From the NCBI GenBank assembly GCA_965285935.1, contig OZ260667.1, positions 23,684,001-23,748,000 of the forward strand: 64,000 nt of DNA. Reading direction: 5' to 3'. Positions 1 through 14,161 of the stretch are shown here, piece by piece. How positions within the stretch are numbered: position 1 is the stretch's first letter; each line of letters starts with the position of its first letter. The notes beneath the pieces were generated by a model. The model ran no database searches and was not told where the DNA came from. It saw nothing but the letters and a program-made list of their open reading frames with translations. This DNA comes from Ophelia neglecta. Its lineage: Eukaryota. Position numbers and translations under genes: made by a program.

Positions 1-2057
1 AATGTCCAACCTCTGTCTATACACCTGGGCAGCATTGGCACGAGACTCGAGACTAATTTTTATTGTCTGGCATTTATTGTCCTGGCGATTAAAAAACATA
101 GAAATGACAAAATGACCATAAAATAATAGTAATAGAAAAACAAAATAGTTAATGATATAGTCACTGTGATGAATAAATACAGATCAACAAAGGTATTAGG
201 GCGTCGTTTTAGCAGATCGGTTGTGACCGTTCCTAGTTCGTGTTTTAGCCATATTTCTCCCTGGGGCCCTGTTTCCTCAATACCCGACCATAAAGTAGTA
301 TTTTCTACCTAACAGCTATTAAATGGCCTGTCGCATATTCACCGAAATTCCAACCTATTTTCCCAGATTGCTATGAATAAGTGAGGAACCGAAGCGGCTC
401 TAAGCGTTCACTAATCTAATATTGGCTTAGGCAGGAAATCTAGTTTTATCACGCGAAACGGTGGCAAAATGTCCGATATAAGAGGTATTAATTTGTGATC
501 AGACATCAAGATGACTGTGAAATAGGCAAAGCGGGGAGAGGGGCTATGTGCCTAATTTCATTTGGGACCATTTTGGCCCTGATGTGTGATTGGGTGATCA
601 CCGGTTGGCTTTCGGAATCCCGAGTGAACTTTGACACAACAGACGAGATATTGACCAGGGTCTAAACTGGACGCTCGGTCCCACCCACTCCCACTCTCAT
701 CTCCTTTAAACACCATCTCTACCGCCGCAATTCCCTCCAGTAACCGGCCCATCCCAACCGTACAATATAGTGCTAAATTAATAGATTAATTATTCACAGT
801 TGCTATTATATTTCCATAGAAGAACCGTGTCTTAAATGAGAACATCGGAATCGCGTATTATACAATTTTGGTCTCGACGGGTAAAACCTTGTAGCGAGCA
901 CTCTATTTAAGACAAATATTGTTCCCATTTGTATTCGAACCACTTCTTACAGGAGACAATCATTTGCGCCTCGTATTTCCAGGATATCAAATATGAACGA
1001 TAATTAATCTATTTGTTGAAACATTCATTGCAGGTAAGGGACAGAAAATTAGTCACTGGTGTGTTCTACAGGGACAGCTTTCTAATACTTGCTCAAGCAG
1101 AAAAGCATTGAGTGTGAATTGTAATGGAATAAGTTGACCGGTGATGGATGAAACTGTTTATTGTTGATGACAAATACCGTTTTATATTCAAATGTGTTTC
1201 CCTAGGAGCCTGTTCTCATCTTGTTTAAGTTAATTTTATCTGGTTTGGCTATTAATCTGATCTTGTAAAATCACCAATTTGACATTGTTTCTGTCACTAT
1301 CATGAAGATAATATGATTTGGCGAGCTTGCCAATGACTTTGTTTTCCCAGGCTGGCCACAGAAAATGTAATTTCTCGTTGGTTGGGAGATTGAATAAAGC
1401 TCACTTGAAATATAGCTTGGGGGCAAAACGTCGAGAATATGCAAAGGGAATTATATTAAAGTTCTAATGGCCTAAATTCAATAATGGCAAATTATTGGTC
1501 GAAATGGATTAGCTTCCGGACTTTTGGTGCATGAGGTCTAGGTCTGGGCCAGGTCTGTAGTGGGCGCCCCTGTGTAGCTCTCGTTCTTGCTCGAGGGGAG
1601 GGCCGCGTCCATATTTTTCGAAAGTGGCATCTAGGGTTCCCTATCATGCGTGGTGAATGTGGCGTATTGATCACTTTGCCTCCTCCCACATGACCTTATA
1701 AGGAACCGTTATGCCCATTTCCCCTCTATTTACAAGGGATACGTAAACGTACACAGACCGGCGTGCTTTCAATCCTACAGATTAAAACTTGAAGAGGGTT
1801 ACTCAATGAAAAAGGAGAAATAAACCATGTACTGCTTACTAAAATGAGTTTATTAGTTAATGTTCTAACCTTAACTGGCCTGTTGAGTCTACTTATCCTG
1901 AGGAACATGTTGCTGATCTGCGAGCCAACCGCGCCCCTATGTGAGCGCCCCTAGTGGATGAACTGAAATATTTCTCCTAATTCATTGAGAAATATAAATG
2001 TCAGTAAGAAAGGAAAGTCCATATGCCTACTTATTATAATATTAGCTTAGTCCTGCA

Positions 2058-2718
2058 ACCTGTGCACAAATATCAGATATAATATCGCTCCATCCAGCAG
2101 GCTTTATGACCTGTGTAGAAATATCAGATAGAAGATCGCTCCATCCAGTAAGCTTTATGACCTGTGTAGAAATATCAGATAGAAGACCGCTCAATCCAGT
2201 AGGCTTTATGACCTGTGTACAAATATCAGATAGAAGATCGCTCCATCCAGCAGGCTTTATTTCCTGTGTAGAAATATCAGATAGAAGATCGCTCCATCCA
2301 GTAGGCTTTATGACCTGTGTACAAATATCAGATAGAAGATCGCTCCATCCAGCAGGCTTTATTTCCTGTGTAGAAATATCAGATAGAAGATCGCTCAATC
2401 CAGTAGGCTTTATGAAATGTGTACAAATATCAGATAGAAGATCGCTCCACCCAGTAGGCTTTATGACTTGTGTAGAAATATCAGATAGAAGATCGCTCAA
2501 TCCAGTAGGCTTTATGACCTGTGTACAAATATCAGATAGAAGGTCGCTCCTTCCAGTTGGCTTTATGACCTGTGTAGAAATATCAGATAGAAGATCGCTC
2601 CATCCAGTAGGCTTTATGACCTGTGTAGAAATATCAGATAGAAGATCGCTCCAATCATCAGGCTTTATGTCCTGTGTAGAAATATCAGATAGAAGATCGC
2701 TCCATCCAGTAGGCTTTA
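2058..2718. repeat. 51-bp minisatellite, ~13 copies
   Basis: Unit ACCTGTGTAGAAATATCAGATAGAAGATCGCTCCATCCAGTAGGCTTTATG, head-to-tail from 2058 (next copy 2109), no spacers. Confidence 0.98.
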
Positions 2719-5700
2719 GATAGTCATAGGCAAATATAGGCTCACTTTTAGATTGTTTACGAAGACAGATGCATCGAAAAATAAAGTTATTTTAGATTGT
2801 GTATTCGCACTTCTAATTTATATAGTTTTATACATAATTAGCCTAACGCCTTGGAACGAATGGTAATCTTTTTTTTTTAAATGGAATAAGTACTGAATGA
2901 TCTTTTGCGGTCAACACCAAAAGCGGAAGGGATTTTCGACCGAATTCGATTTGGCAGCCAAGTTAACTGTAATGATTTTCTTCCATGTTTGGCGGCGATA
3001 AAATCTGGCGAGCATGCCCTCGCCCGAGTTGTCGGCTCTCCGATATTGGATTTTGATACAAAGTGTGGATACTGTCAAAAACTGTTGTGAATGTCAGCTT
3101 TCTTCTGTCCCCTAAGGTTGAGGTTGGATTCAGTAATGGATCTAAAACTCTGACTTGCTACTTGAAGAATTGCTGTGATCCACATTCAATTCACACAAAA
3201 TGCCTATTTATAACTATTCTAAGATAAATGTGTATCTTAATGCATACAGTTGGCAGAATTTCGAACTTAATAACATGCTCTTTTAACTGTTGGGAAACCC
3301 GCCCGAGCGTGAAACATTGTCTTGTGAGCTGCACAGTACAATGCTTCTAGTTAAGTTAACAAACATGCGGTTCTTATGAGGAACATAAATTCCATCCAAT
3401 GGATCTAGCATCGTGTATGCCGAAAAAAATGCATATTGAACATGCTGATTCAATGTTAGTAATCACTATTTTGTCTCGTTCGGAAGGAAATGGAATATTT
3501 ATTACACTACTTCCGGTTGTACCAATCGAACTGCATTCCAGTATTACGGGTACACATTGACTATTTACAGGTGAAATAAATGCCCTGATAAATAAGTTAA
3601 TAAATATAGTCATGGTTTTCGTCCTTAGGTTTCATAGATAATTTTGCTTTTTTTGCAAAATGGAAATACGAGTATACACATCAAATTCAAACGGTTCCAG
3701 ACAAAGGGAAGCAGGCCATTGTCCTTGCCTCAAACTCTCGTGCGTGTGCTGAAAAATTGAGCTCAGTGTCCTGCAAGTCACTCCCCCCCCCCGCCCCCCC
3801 CCCCTCCACCGCCAATATAGGTATAATATATAAGCATATAGATATAAGACCAGTCTAGGTAATGTCCCTGTATAAATCGACAATTGTAAAAGAATGTGAT
3901 ATTATGACAGATTTCGGAAAATAAAAGTTTGCCTTCCACTCCTCTGATAATTATACGGTGGCTCGCATTGAGCTCTTGTCATTCCCAAAGGCGGAGGCTG
4001 AAATGAGTTTTACTATTTAAGGCTCGGATGGAAGCCGATAATCTTCACCTAGTAACAGTGCAAAATGCTCGAGAATGATGAGCAAGCGACATCAGGGAAT
4101 ATACAATGGAGCAGAGGATGTGATCGGCTATTGAACCCCAATTACAACTGTACACATATGCTATGAACCTACCAGCCATGCTTTGCACGCGCCCATTAAA
4201 ACCGTGTCTGATGCAGGACGTTAAACTGCGTTGAATTCGGACAGAAATAAGCCAATAGATACTTGTGTCCTGCCATAAGCCAACACAATGCAATTTGCTT
4301 GGTTTGGTATATATTGTTGAACGTTGTGAATTCGTCTGGAACATAATCATCGCCCCCCCCCCCACCCCCCTCCGAACTCGCATAAGCCATAAAATTACAT
4401 ACGTTAAAAGACATTTTACACTAGCCAACGTATATCATGTACCGGTATGTTTGTTTTGTAATGAAATAAACAATGGGACTAGGTTCCTGGCTGGGTTAAA
4501 ATTGTAAATGAAAGCTTCAAAGATAAATATAAAATAAACTGATCAATGAGCGTCCTTATATATATTTATTTCAAGCGTATAATACTGCCATAATAGCATG
4601 TTTCGGATCCTTCCTACATTTTTCCGGTGTTGCTTAGTCGTGGATATATAACAGTGGTGACGGTCTGAATATGGCTACATGTCTCTCTCTAGGAAAGGCA
4701 TGACAAATGACTGGCCGAAATTCAGGCACGTTTAAAGGAACGTTTTTCATTGAACAGGTCAACAACCATTCGAAAGCAGACGACAAATTATTGGAGAATA
4801 AGAACAAGGGGCATCGCCTCTGACTGGTTTCATCTTTATCACCTGGAGGCGGCCTGATTATAAATAATATTCAGGTAGCCCCGGTGACACTATAGTATGC
4901 CGCCAGCGGATTTTTGATACCGTTGTTCCGAGATTTTGCTAATAGATTGCAGATTAGGTTCTTCTGAGGGGGTAGGGGTCGGCCATTGTTCGCTTCCGGT
5001 AGCACAAGCTTCCGATTGAGGTATGCCTCCCCGCACCGCAGGAGGGAAGCGAAGAAAACAACAGGTTAATTGTCATAATTATGTCCTGGGTATTAGCGAA
5101 TTCTAGACGCTATTCTGACAGGGCAAATTATGCACGTGCACTATTTAAACTCGTATAGGTCTACTGGTAAATGGTTTAGGAATTAAGATTTCATCCCAAC
5201 TATCCTCGATAGAAGCATGAGTTCTATAGTCAGTGGCACATATATCAAATAAGTTTTAATGTCGACAAAGAATTGACATTCAAAACTTCCCAAATTATGC
5301 AACTAAAGAAGATATCTCAATGGGTTTAACAAAACAAAGTAATTGGAAAGGACGATGAAAAAACGGGAATTCAAGGATGTGAAGGGGTACCTTCGCCCTA
5401 GGTAGATGGAAACAAATACAAAGGAGCACTGGCCGCTATTTAAGCAAACCCTCTACGATCACAATAAAAAACAAAATCAAATAGCAGCGAGTAACACAAT
5501 GGATGTTCTCCCATTACAACTACTGACCGCTAGTCGTCCATCGTCGCTCTCTGATTATGATGGTCTGCCAGGCAGCTCTTTGCTGTCAGACTGCAGAGCT
5601 TCGTGAGCGATAACAGCCTATAACCTAGTATAGGCCTAGCGTCTGCCATAGATCGTGGGTTTCATTCTTTTATAATAGACAAAACTCTACTGAGGTATTA

Positions 5701-7374
5701 CTCGACTTTTTGTAATCAATATTAATGAAAGAACTCGTCATCTGTTAACTACCATAAAAGAGTACTTTGTCAGGTGCATTCTCTTCCAATTTCCTTTTCC
5801 TTACGGGAACCGTCATCCTTTGACCGTGCCGAAAATCCCAACATAACAAGCTAGAATTTTGTTCAGTCATCAAAGCAGTTTCTCTTTAGAAACATGATGA
5901 AAAGATGTGCAGGTCAACTTCGTGAATACACGGCATAACCAAATGTTTAAATTCAGGAATGAACTATAACCAAATATAATAATGTTAAATAGCAGGATTC
6001 AAGGTCACTTAAAATGTTGGGTTTTTTAATACCACCTCGGGGTTTCACAAACCTTGACAAATTTTATTCCCGATGCATGTAAATATGAAACAGCGCGATA
6101 AATCAGCAGCGCTTTGGAGCAGGAGAACATAGGCAAACCTGATAATCAAAACCATTCCTTTGCAAACTGTCTACAACAAACTGCAAAGAAACATGGCCTC
6201 CGTCTGTTTCTGGTTAAGGGTGCATGCAGATAAATTCTTTCCAGCATCGATCAGAATCCGAATGCTTCATCTATCTGGGGGTAAAAAGGCACAGACGACA
6301 TACAGGGGATAAACCCAGTACCAGTTTTCGCGCCAATTACCATGCCCCTCCTCCATATTTCACCAGCTTCATATCGCACATGTGGCACATGTGGATCTGA
6401 TTACCATGACAACCAACAACAGGTTCTCCGGTCACCCCTGGCTAGCGTGATATCACCCTCGGAACCACACCCCCAGCCGAGCGCGGGTTAATGCTATTAC
6501 CCCCCGAACAACTTGATGTAATTTTTCAAAACCCCCTTGTCAGATAGAGCAGGTTTGACAAGTATGCCACCGGGGGTTGAAAGGCAAGTTTTTGACGCCC
6601 AGGGACATATCAGAACATGGAGGTTACTGTTCTGTTGAAGATAGCGCACGCCTCCCGTGACTTTCTGCTCTCCCATGAACCTCCAGCCCGTGTTTTCCAC
6701 CCGGGTGTTCCTTCAAACACAGTTATGTACCATCTCGTGCTCAAAATCGCCGCTAATACACCGGCGCAAGCAATTTGTTGGCCAGATAGGCGGGCCAGAT
6801 AAAGCTACCCGATACCCGAGCCCTGGCACACATTTCACCAGGCAGGTGCTGCGGATTTTGATTAACACCTTTGAGCTATGCAACCATTACCCGCTGTATC
6901 ATTACCCTCCTAATGACTGATATTACGCCGAAAAATACGCCAGCCTGTTTTCAATTTCGGCCTTGATATGATTATTTGATTCGTCGCCATTGTTACACAC
7001 TAACGTATCTCTTTTCACTAGGTAAATTCGAGCCGTCTGCTCTTTTGGCGCGCCTTTCATCAGATTTTTGTCCGCCGCTAATCTGCCTACAGATCTAAAC
7101 TTCTTAATTACCGGTCTTTTGTAGTAACCGCGAGAAAACAGTGACGGCGGATCTTAGTCGCTGAGACTGGCTTATAAGTGTAATTAATAAACTAAAAGGA
7201 AAATGGTGGCTGGTTCGAGCCTTTATTTGTTTTGGAGGTGATATTCCGGAGATTGGGGAGCCAGCCCACTAGGTATTGCCTCAGCACACGGCATTGTGGA
7301 TGAACGATCTCATTATCACAATATTGGGCTCCGCGGCTTACTAACTCCATATACAGATACAGGCTACACAACTA

Positions 7375-8045
7375 ATTATTATTATTATTATGTACATCAT
7401 TTATATAGCGCCCATTCTGGCATGCACCAATCACAAGCGCTTTACAAACATAAAAATGCACCTTTTGTTAAATTCCATATACAAAACATAAGAACACATA
7501 TAAATATTTACAATAAAAATATACAGCGGAACTAAAATACGATTTAAATGGATGCAATATGGATGAAAAAATAAAAATCAATACAAATATTTAATTTACA
7601 ATCAGCCAGGCACATGCCTGAATAATTATTATCCAATAAGGATCAATAGTTTTACTAGAACAGAGAAGGCCTTATTAAGGCTCGTGCAAAAAAGTTTATT
7701 ATATGTCTTTATATGCTATTTTAAATAAATGAGTCTTTAATAAAGATTTAAAGGTCAGTAGACACTGACACTGTCTCAGAGACTGGGGAAGGCTATTCCA
7801 ATATATAGGGGCCGTGTACGCAAACATACGCCCACCAAACATTGATGTGTTAATTCTGGGCACAAATAACAGCCCTTTATCAGATGCCCTGAGTAGCCTA
7901 TTTGTTATATATGGTTCAAGTAAGTCGCTGAGATAGGACGGAGCCAGATTATTCACACATTTGAAAGTCAGGACACAGATCTTGTACCGGATACGAAATT
8001 CCACTGGTAGCCAATGTAATTGCTCCAAAGATGGAGTAATATGCT
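7375..8045 (-). mobile_element. 5'-truncated L2/CR1-group LINE: ORF2 C-terminus, 3' UTR and (TAA)n tail
   Basis: HITPSLEQLHWLPVEFRIRYKICVLTFK...APSYLSDLL...GGRMFAYTAPIYWNSLP...FKSLLKTHLFKIAY is the typical L2-type ORF2 end. The 3' end has AAAGCGC...GGGCGCTATATAAAT followed by (TAA)n at ~7375-7390. Confidence 0.9.
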
Positions 8046-10286
8046 AATCAATATATTGTATATTTCTCACTAGATTTTGTTTAAGATAGCGTTTTCATAA
8101 ATTTCTATAGACCTGATTAATGGGTTAAGTAGACCTAGTAAATATCGAATCCTGCTCAATAATATTATATAAATCTAGCAAAATAACTAATCCATTGAGA
8201 ATTTTATGTCCTAAAATGGGCCATTGAGTCTATTCGCACTTCATAGTATTTAAGACTAATGTTCTACTATACATTTTGACCTAAGGGGCCAAGTTACAAT
8301 GGTAATTTTTAATCGTGGTCGGATGCTTTTCCTAGGCTTTTTTCGCTCCCTGGACTATGTTGAAAGACTCCACGTCCTTGACAATGTTTTGTCGCTTAAT
8401 CTGCGTTGAATTTGTTTTGTCTTTTTCAGTGAGTGTTTTTATTGAGCTACTGTTATGATAGTTCATTGCTTGGGTCTCTGCTGGTGTTCTAGGTGGGTTT
8501 TGTTGATATTTGAGATCCAGGGTGACCAGTCACCCTTGGTTGAGGTCCCTCGTTTGCAACTCGTTTATCTAAGAAATCTGAAAACAGCACTTTGGCATTT
8601 CCCTCCGGCGATTTCGACGTGCCGTATATGAAATGTGCCGACCAATTAACTAAATTTATGTGCCATATGCTTCGGATTAGCAGCACCCTGGCAAATCGCT
8701 AACATAATGTCACTCGTCGACTTTTAACCTTTGTGATAAACCCTAAGTTTGCGCTAGAACTTGGTTGTTTGTTGAAAGAAACGCCGCACGCTTCCCAAGA
8801 AGCTATCACTGTCTTGTTTGGTGTTGATCTCAATAAGTTTGTGTAAATATAGCGATGATACTCGTTAGAACATCAATAATGAAATGAGCTACACATTCCA
8901 TAATGTTGAGGCTTAAACATTTAGGACCCCCCCCCCCCCCTCTCCCCTCCCTACACATTGAAAGCACATTGTTCTAACTATACTAAATTGCTCAAAACAC
9001 TTATAGGAGCACTTAAAAAACTGGAAGTTGTGTTGAAAAACAAGTTTTTTTCTTCTAACGTGAGACAAATTCCAAGTTGAAACACACTTTTCAACGATAT
9101 CAACCAGTGCCGAATTTACAAAGAAACACTTTGTCTGCACTGTACTAAGAGCCCATTAAATATAAACATGTTGGCTAGCGACGATTAGCACGTTTGACAT
9201 TGTGGTGAGTACAGGTCAAGAGGTTGAGTATACTCGCAGGAGTCTGGCATGCTGTTTAAAGGCGTCGACTCACTGATCAAGGAATTAATTCGACATATAT
9301 ACCGCTCGAAATGTCCTTGATTTACAAACATTGGGCGTCTGTTAACTGTCTCTCCGTCATCGTTCACTTCTCGTGCTCTCTCGTCACACAAACAGTGTCT
9401 ACACCCGATCTACCACACCCAATGTTACCGAGAAGAGGCGATAATAGGCTACATTAACACTAAAGGAAGAAATAAATGATTAATGCTAAATACAGCATAA
9501 TACTGTAGCAAAATTTACTAGTATTCAATGTTTTAATCTAACTGTTTATTAATGATTAATATGGTTAGCACTGGTGTTGTTTATAGCGAGAATAAACACT
9601 GACGATGGCTACATCCAAATGAATGTAGGACACCTTTAAATGGAGCAAGATCAAAGTCGAGGACATTTTAGCCTTGCACAAAATAAATGTACATCATTTG
9701 CCATAAATGAAGAAGTGTCTGGTATGTCATACTGTTCTTCGAAATAATATGAGGGTATTTTATTTCCTAGATCTTTCAGCAGGATCATTTGACCACCGGA
9801 CCAGATCGGAGAATAAGAATATGATGTCCAATAATAGCATGAACGCATGCATGGATAGTCTAGAAGATGGTTTATTATCAGACCATGCACGTATGAATTG
9901 GTAGAATTCAAGAATCGCTGGACTGAACGACCTGTTTGGTGTCAATGTCTTCGCGGTCCGATCTAACGTTTACCAAAAGAGGGGTCTTCTAGAATTATTC
10001 ACTGTGGTGCTAACGGCCAGAGGGCAACCCGCATGGATAAGATGCATGGCCCACTCTGAACATGGGGCTCATCAGAGCTGAGACCTCCTCTAAAGTGCTC
10101 AAAATTTGAAGCACCACCGACTTCGGTTCTATCATATGACGAGGGTAAATTACATTAAGGTTGTTCTCCCAAATGGGGCGGCTCAGCCCCAATCCCACCC
10201 CGTTTGAAAAAATAGATCACATCACCTCTTGCAGCTGCATGCTGCAAATTGTTGAGAGGAGAAAAAAAGTGTGTTATTAGTGTGCC

Positions 10287-10320
10287 TGTGTGTGTGTGTG
10301 TGTGTGGGGGGGGGGGGGGG
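10287..10320. repeat. (TG)n microsatellite followed by poly-G
   Basis: Direct reading. Confidence 0.9.
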
Positions 10321-11157
10321 TCCTGCAACCGGAATTCGCCTCTTCATCGGACAGTGATCATGAATATCATAATTGACAGATAGTACAAATGTATAAGCTG
10401 GAACGTTTAAATTAGGATCATGGTGGCAGTTCACTTTCCACGGCAGGCCTGGAGGTATTGCCTGTTCAATTCTACCCTGTCTGTCAAGGGTGACTTTCTC
10501 CAAAGCGAGATGGCGGTTTATGTAGATATATGTTACCAAACTGTGTAGGACATTATCCAGAGATATACAGTTTATATAGCGAGGGTGACGGGCGATAAAA
10601 CAGGACGATCGCCAGGCGAGAGGCTTCTAATGAAACTGTCATCCTACACTAAACAGACGCCATTTTGAGCTGCTTCAGTTTCCGATTAAGAAAGTGATAA
10701 TCGTTTGATGATGATAGGTGTTGCTTTCAAGATTGTACTAGATGTGGAAATCCAAGTCTACTTCGACCGATATGCAAAACTCAAGGAAACAAGTCTGAAA
10801 TTGGATCGACTTTTCGGCAACAACGTACTAATAGCACTACTGCACTTTTTGGAAACGCTGAAAAGCAAAGTGTACGGAGGCAGCCTACATGAATATGCCC
10901 ATTACAGACCTTTATGGTCACATAGTCAATAGGCTGCCTTGATTCTCTATCAACAGCAAAGTCCTTTCACTCAAAGTCAATAATGAAAGCTTGAAAGCCA
11001 TGATGTCTAGCCGTGTAATTTAGGTGATCACTTCATCTTCTTCTGAAAGCGACTAGGCTCATATTGTGATTTTCAGTTTTATTTATTTTACCGATTGCGG
11101 GGTGGCAACTTCCACCACCTGTTTTTTCTCATATACACACTGGAGACGATACAATTA

Positions 11158-11333
11158 CAGTGAAACCTAGCAAATAGGGACAAACAAGGGACTGGGAAAT
11201 ATGTCCTCTTTTCTCAGTTGTCCTTATTTCACAGGTTACTTTACATGTTAAGTATTACAACTGTAATAAAACAATGTCCTTAATAGTCAGTGTGGCCCTT
11301 ATTGCCAGGTGTCCTTTAGGCCAGGTTTTACAG
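11158..11333. mobile_element. MITE of Tc1/mariner-pogo type
   Basis: TA|CAGTGAAACCT ... AGGTTTTACAG|TA: imperfect TIRs, TA on both sides, repeated internal TGTCCT/GGGAC subterminal motifs, 176 bp. Confidence 0.65.
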
Positions 11334-12481
11334 TATGTACATACATTTTGGGCTTCTCTATTACAGAGCCACTTTTCTCAACATAAATATAAATATATAT
11401 AAATTTAAAATAAATATGAAAATATATAATTATAATCGACTTGCACAACCGGATTAAGACCAGCTGCTCGCATCCGTTGTACACGATTGTATTTAGAAGT
11501 CATGACTAACGGAAGAAAAATTTAATACAGGAGCTGCGTGCCTCTGAAGGTCTTTCTTGATATTATAATTACCATTTCCCTGATGAATGGCACAGTAAAT
11601 AAATTTAACGCTGTCTGACAGACAGGTGTTGCCATATTTTTCCACTTCGGAAATTCGGTCTCAGGTAGGCCTAAAGGCATTTTAGTAAAACCAGTTATTG
11701 CTAGTAAAATTAACAGCGTTTTGTTTTTTGGATATCGATAGGCCTACCTGTATATTGTAAAAGCAAGGGCTAGATATGCGACGACAGTAAATTGCGGCCG
11801 AATACTTAATAAGTAGTTTATCAAGCCACTTATCACAGGCCAGTTATTGTGGAAGACAGATATTAACTGTGACCACATGTTCAGGATTAGGATTGTTTTT
11901 CATTTCAACTCGACCTCCCACTGCGAGAGTGTCATCACGAATGTCGTCTGCCTCGGGCATTAAAACAATCCTCATAAGGAGCCCGATTATTGTTATCTAG
12001 AACGTGTAGAGATCAGAGGAACGCTTAATATCATCATCATCATATCATCATCATCGTGATGATCAAAATGTCGTTTGCTTCAATGCTTGAGCAGCTCCTT
12101 CTTGGAGCCAAGTGTCGTCTGCTCACGAAGTCTCATCATGAGGTGATTGATTGCTGGTCATCAAATTAATATTATCTGGTCATGGTATCGCACCTCCGAG
12201 AAATGAACGCTGTAAACATGGCCTGGTCCTCGTTATGAAGTGGATGAACCAAACTTCAAAGCATTAATGTTGTTCACCGTTTCACTTATAGCAAAAACCC
12301 ACGTAAAAAGTACAAACTCAGCAGTTCTTTAAGAGCAGGACTAGAGACAAACAATCTTCATTTACATAGTGCATAATCGGTTATCCAGAAGTGTGCTGTC
12401 TCTGTGGTGACACATTGGTAATATTATAATGCTAACATTGTGTTGTTAAAGTTAGACTTAAAAGTGTATCTCTGTTGCTGC

Positions 12482-12592
12482 TTGTATTTTACCAACGATT
12501 TTAAATGAATTATCGACAATTCAATAAAACAAATAGGGTTTGTATTTACCAACGATTTTAAATGAATTATCGACAATTCAATGATACAAATA
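12482..12592. repeat. Local tandem duplication (~58-bp period, 2 copies)
   Basis: TTTACCAACGATTTTAAATGAATTATCGACAATTCAAT present twice (starting ~12488 and ~12545). Confidence 0.9.
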
Positions 12593-12945
12593 TTCTTAAA
12601 AAATATCTATTTCAGATTTTATGAAAGTTGATAATAGAGACCCTAATTAATCGCCTCGATGAAGGACGCTTCTGGCATTCTCTTCGTATTAGTGAGTATT
12701 CTATTCTCAATTGCATTTTGATGGCTGCTTGATAATAATTGATATATTGCAGCACATACAAGGGTCTTGGTAACTGACAGGTGTTGCAATTTTGTAACTA
12801 GTTGAAACACCAGGAGCTGTTTTTTTTCTTCTGCGCTTAACGGAAAATGGAAGAGGTTAATTTACTAAGCGGAGCTTTCTCCTGGCATACACGATTGCAA
12901 TATTGTCTCATGAGAGTCAATATTTGTAATTATATTTGTCATGTA

Positions 12946-13135
12946 GGGGGTAACAAGTTCCCATGAACCCCCAGGGGGGTTGTTATCCCCGGCTGCTGAC
13001 CAGGTCAAGGGTCAGTCGCCCCCGGCCAAGGGTCACAGCCCCGGCAGGATTACCCCATTTCGCAGTGCCTGGTTTGTCAGCGGGCCACCCCTAGGTAGAT
13101 CAAAGGGCTTTGACCTCTGCCCATGTCCGGGGGCC
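12946..13135 (+). other. Structured (multibranch inverted-repeat) module
   Basis: GGGGGTAACAA(12946-56)/TTGTTATCCCC(12980-90); GGTAGA-TCAAAG-gg-CTTTGA-cc-TCTGCC (13094-13121). Confidence 0.55.
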
Positions 13136-14161
13136 ACAACAAATCAATCACGGATGTCACGTGGCTAACTCTTGCGTTTAACTCTCGTCCCGCCGAGATT
13201 TGGATGAGATATTAATCTGGCCGGCACACGTTGTGACCAACGCCGTCAACAACCATCAACTGTCTTTGAAACCATGCCAAGAAAAATAGCCGGCGGGCAG
13301 AAAACGTCACTCGAAAGTAACAGCGCCGATCCAATGTTCTGGGAAGTAAAAATGTGAGCATCGTAAAATCAACTCAACCGACATGAAAGGTAACATGTGC
13401 ACGTCTTGTAGTTTATCGTAATATCGCCCAGGGCGAAAGAACAAGAACAAGAAAATGAGCTTCCCATGTCGTAGAGCACCACAAACGTTACCTTGGATTA
13501 TTTGGATTTCAATATAGCCTTAAGTGTCGACTGACACAGATGTATTCGGGGGACTAAAACCGTATAGATGGGAACATTATACCATTATGGAGATGAACAA
13601 CTCCAAGTGCATCATCAAAGTACGGTGGTGAATGCTGATCGAAAATAGATCATTGATCATTGAGCTCGCGACCTTTACAAATGCTTTATGACTTCGAAAA
13701 TTTGACTAAACAGTCTTAAAATATTGAAATAAATGGGCATTTGTTTATTTTGTGGGTAACATAGTAAAGTGAGCATATGCTATTAACGCATTTTGTCAAA
13801 TATTATGATAATTTTTGTCAGAAATAAAATAATCAGTGTAGCAGGTGCATCATTCTTATACCAATTTAATTAAGCAACCCATATTGACAAGCAAGCAAGA
13901 GTCCCATTAAGCGTCGATTACCATAGTTTCTACCTTAATTTGATCATAAATTTACCTGGGATTAAATTAAATAATTCAATGAGAATACTACATAGACAGG
14001 CCTATATACAAGCTACAAAGTATGTGTCTTGTCCCAGATTAAACAAATGTGTATATACTTACAACACTTGAATTGCTACTATATATTGTGCGAAACAAAG
14101 TTTGCTAGTTACTTTTCCAGTAGGTTTTTTAATAGAAATATATTATAAACTTATTATTAAA

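Noticed and set aside
1931-1957. GCGCCCCTAGTGG as a CTCF site
   Set aside because: One base short in the G-run of the consensus, and part of a short tandem duplication.
2042-2723. 205-aa and 152-aa repeat ORFs; also considered as a CRISPR array
   Set aside because: By-products of a 51-bp (17-codon) satellite. There are no unique spacers, no cas genes, and the context is eukaryotic.
12616-12691. Possible plus-strand exon (tttcag ... gtgagt)
   Set aside because: No recognisable coding content or partner exons; splice-like motifs alone are insufficient. It could still be a lncRNA exon if RNA data support it.
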